From NCBI RefSeq assembly GCF_006345805.1, contig NW_021832033.1:1-33500 (forward strand): 33,500 nucleotides of DNA, given 5' to 3'. Shown one piece after another: positions 33,366-33,500 of this stretch. The first letter of the stretch is position 1, and each line of letters begins with the position of its first letter. Position numbers and translations under genes: made by a program. A model generated the notes under the pieces. That model had not been told where the DNA came from, searched no databases, and saw only the letters and a program-made list of their open reading frames with translations. This stretch comes from Octopus sinensis. Lineage: Eukaryota.

Positions 33366-33500
33366 GGTACTTGTCTATTGTCGTGGTCCCGGTTTCTCAC
33401 ACGCGAATTCGCGCGCGCGCGCGCGCCAGACGTAGGTGCTCGATACTCGAGATTCTACGAGGTGACTTGCGCATGCGCAGTGCAGAATTCGCGCATGCGC
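33366..33500 (+). mobile_element. Terminus of a second copy of the same Merlin element, cut by the window edge
   Basis: GGTACTTGTCTATTGTCGTGGTCCCGGTTTCTCACACGCGAATTCGCG... matches 24811 onward with a few substitutions. Confidence 0.9.

Overview
Eukaryotic, AT-rich, microsatellite- and SINE-dense DNA. The tRNA-like SINE families and the (TA)n/(GAT)n landscape suggest an octopus-like mollusc (inference). The first ~16.5 kb is mostly SINEs, microsatellites, a Helitron-like element and a degenerate ~850-bp triplicated block. 16.9-23.3 kb holds a + strand gene with a probable small first exon and one ~5.5-kb exon. It encodes about six tandem NHL-like beta-propeller domains and is broken by many one-base deletions. 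24811-33206 is an 8.4-kb Merlin (IS1595/ISXO2-family) DNA transposon with a foldback architecture: an intact 307-aa transposase in a 1.55-kb unique core, flanked by very long inverted arms. The arms are largely built from a ~316-bp tandem repeat that is itself the 3' end of a transposase gene, and the right array shows dimer and tetramer higher-order structure. A second copy of the element starts at 33366. Coordinates were read by hand; repeat boundaries are approximate to tens of bases unless stated.
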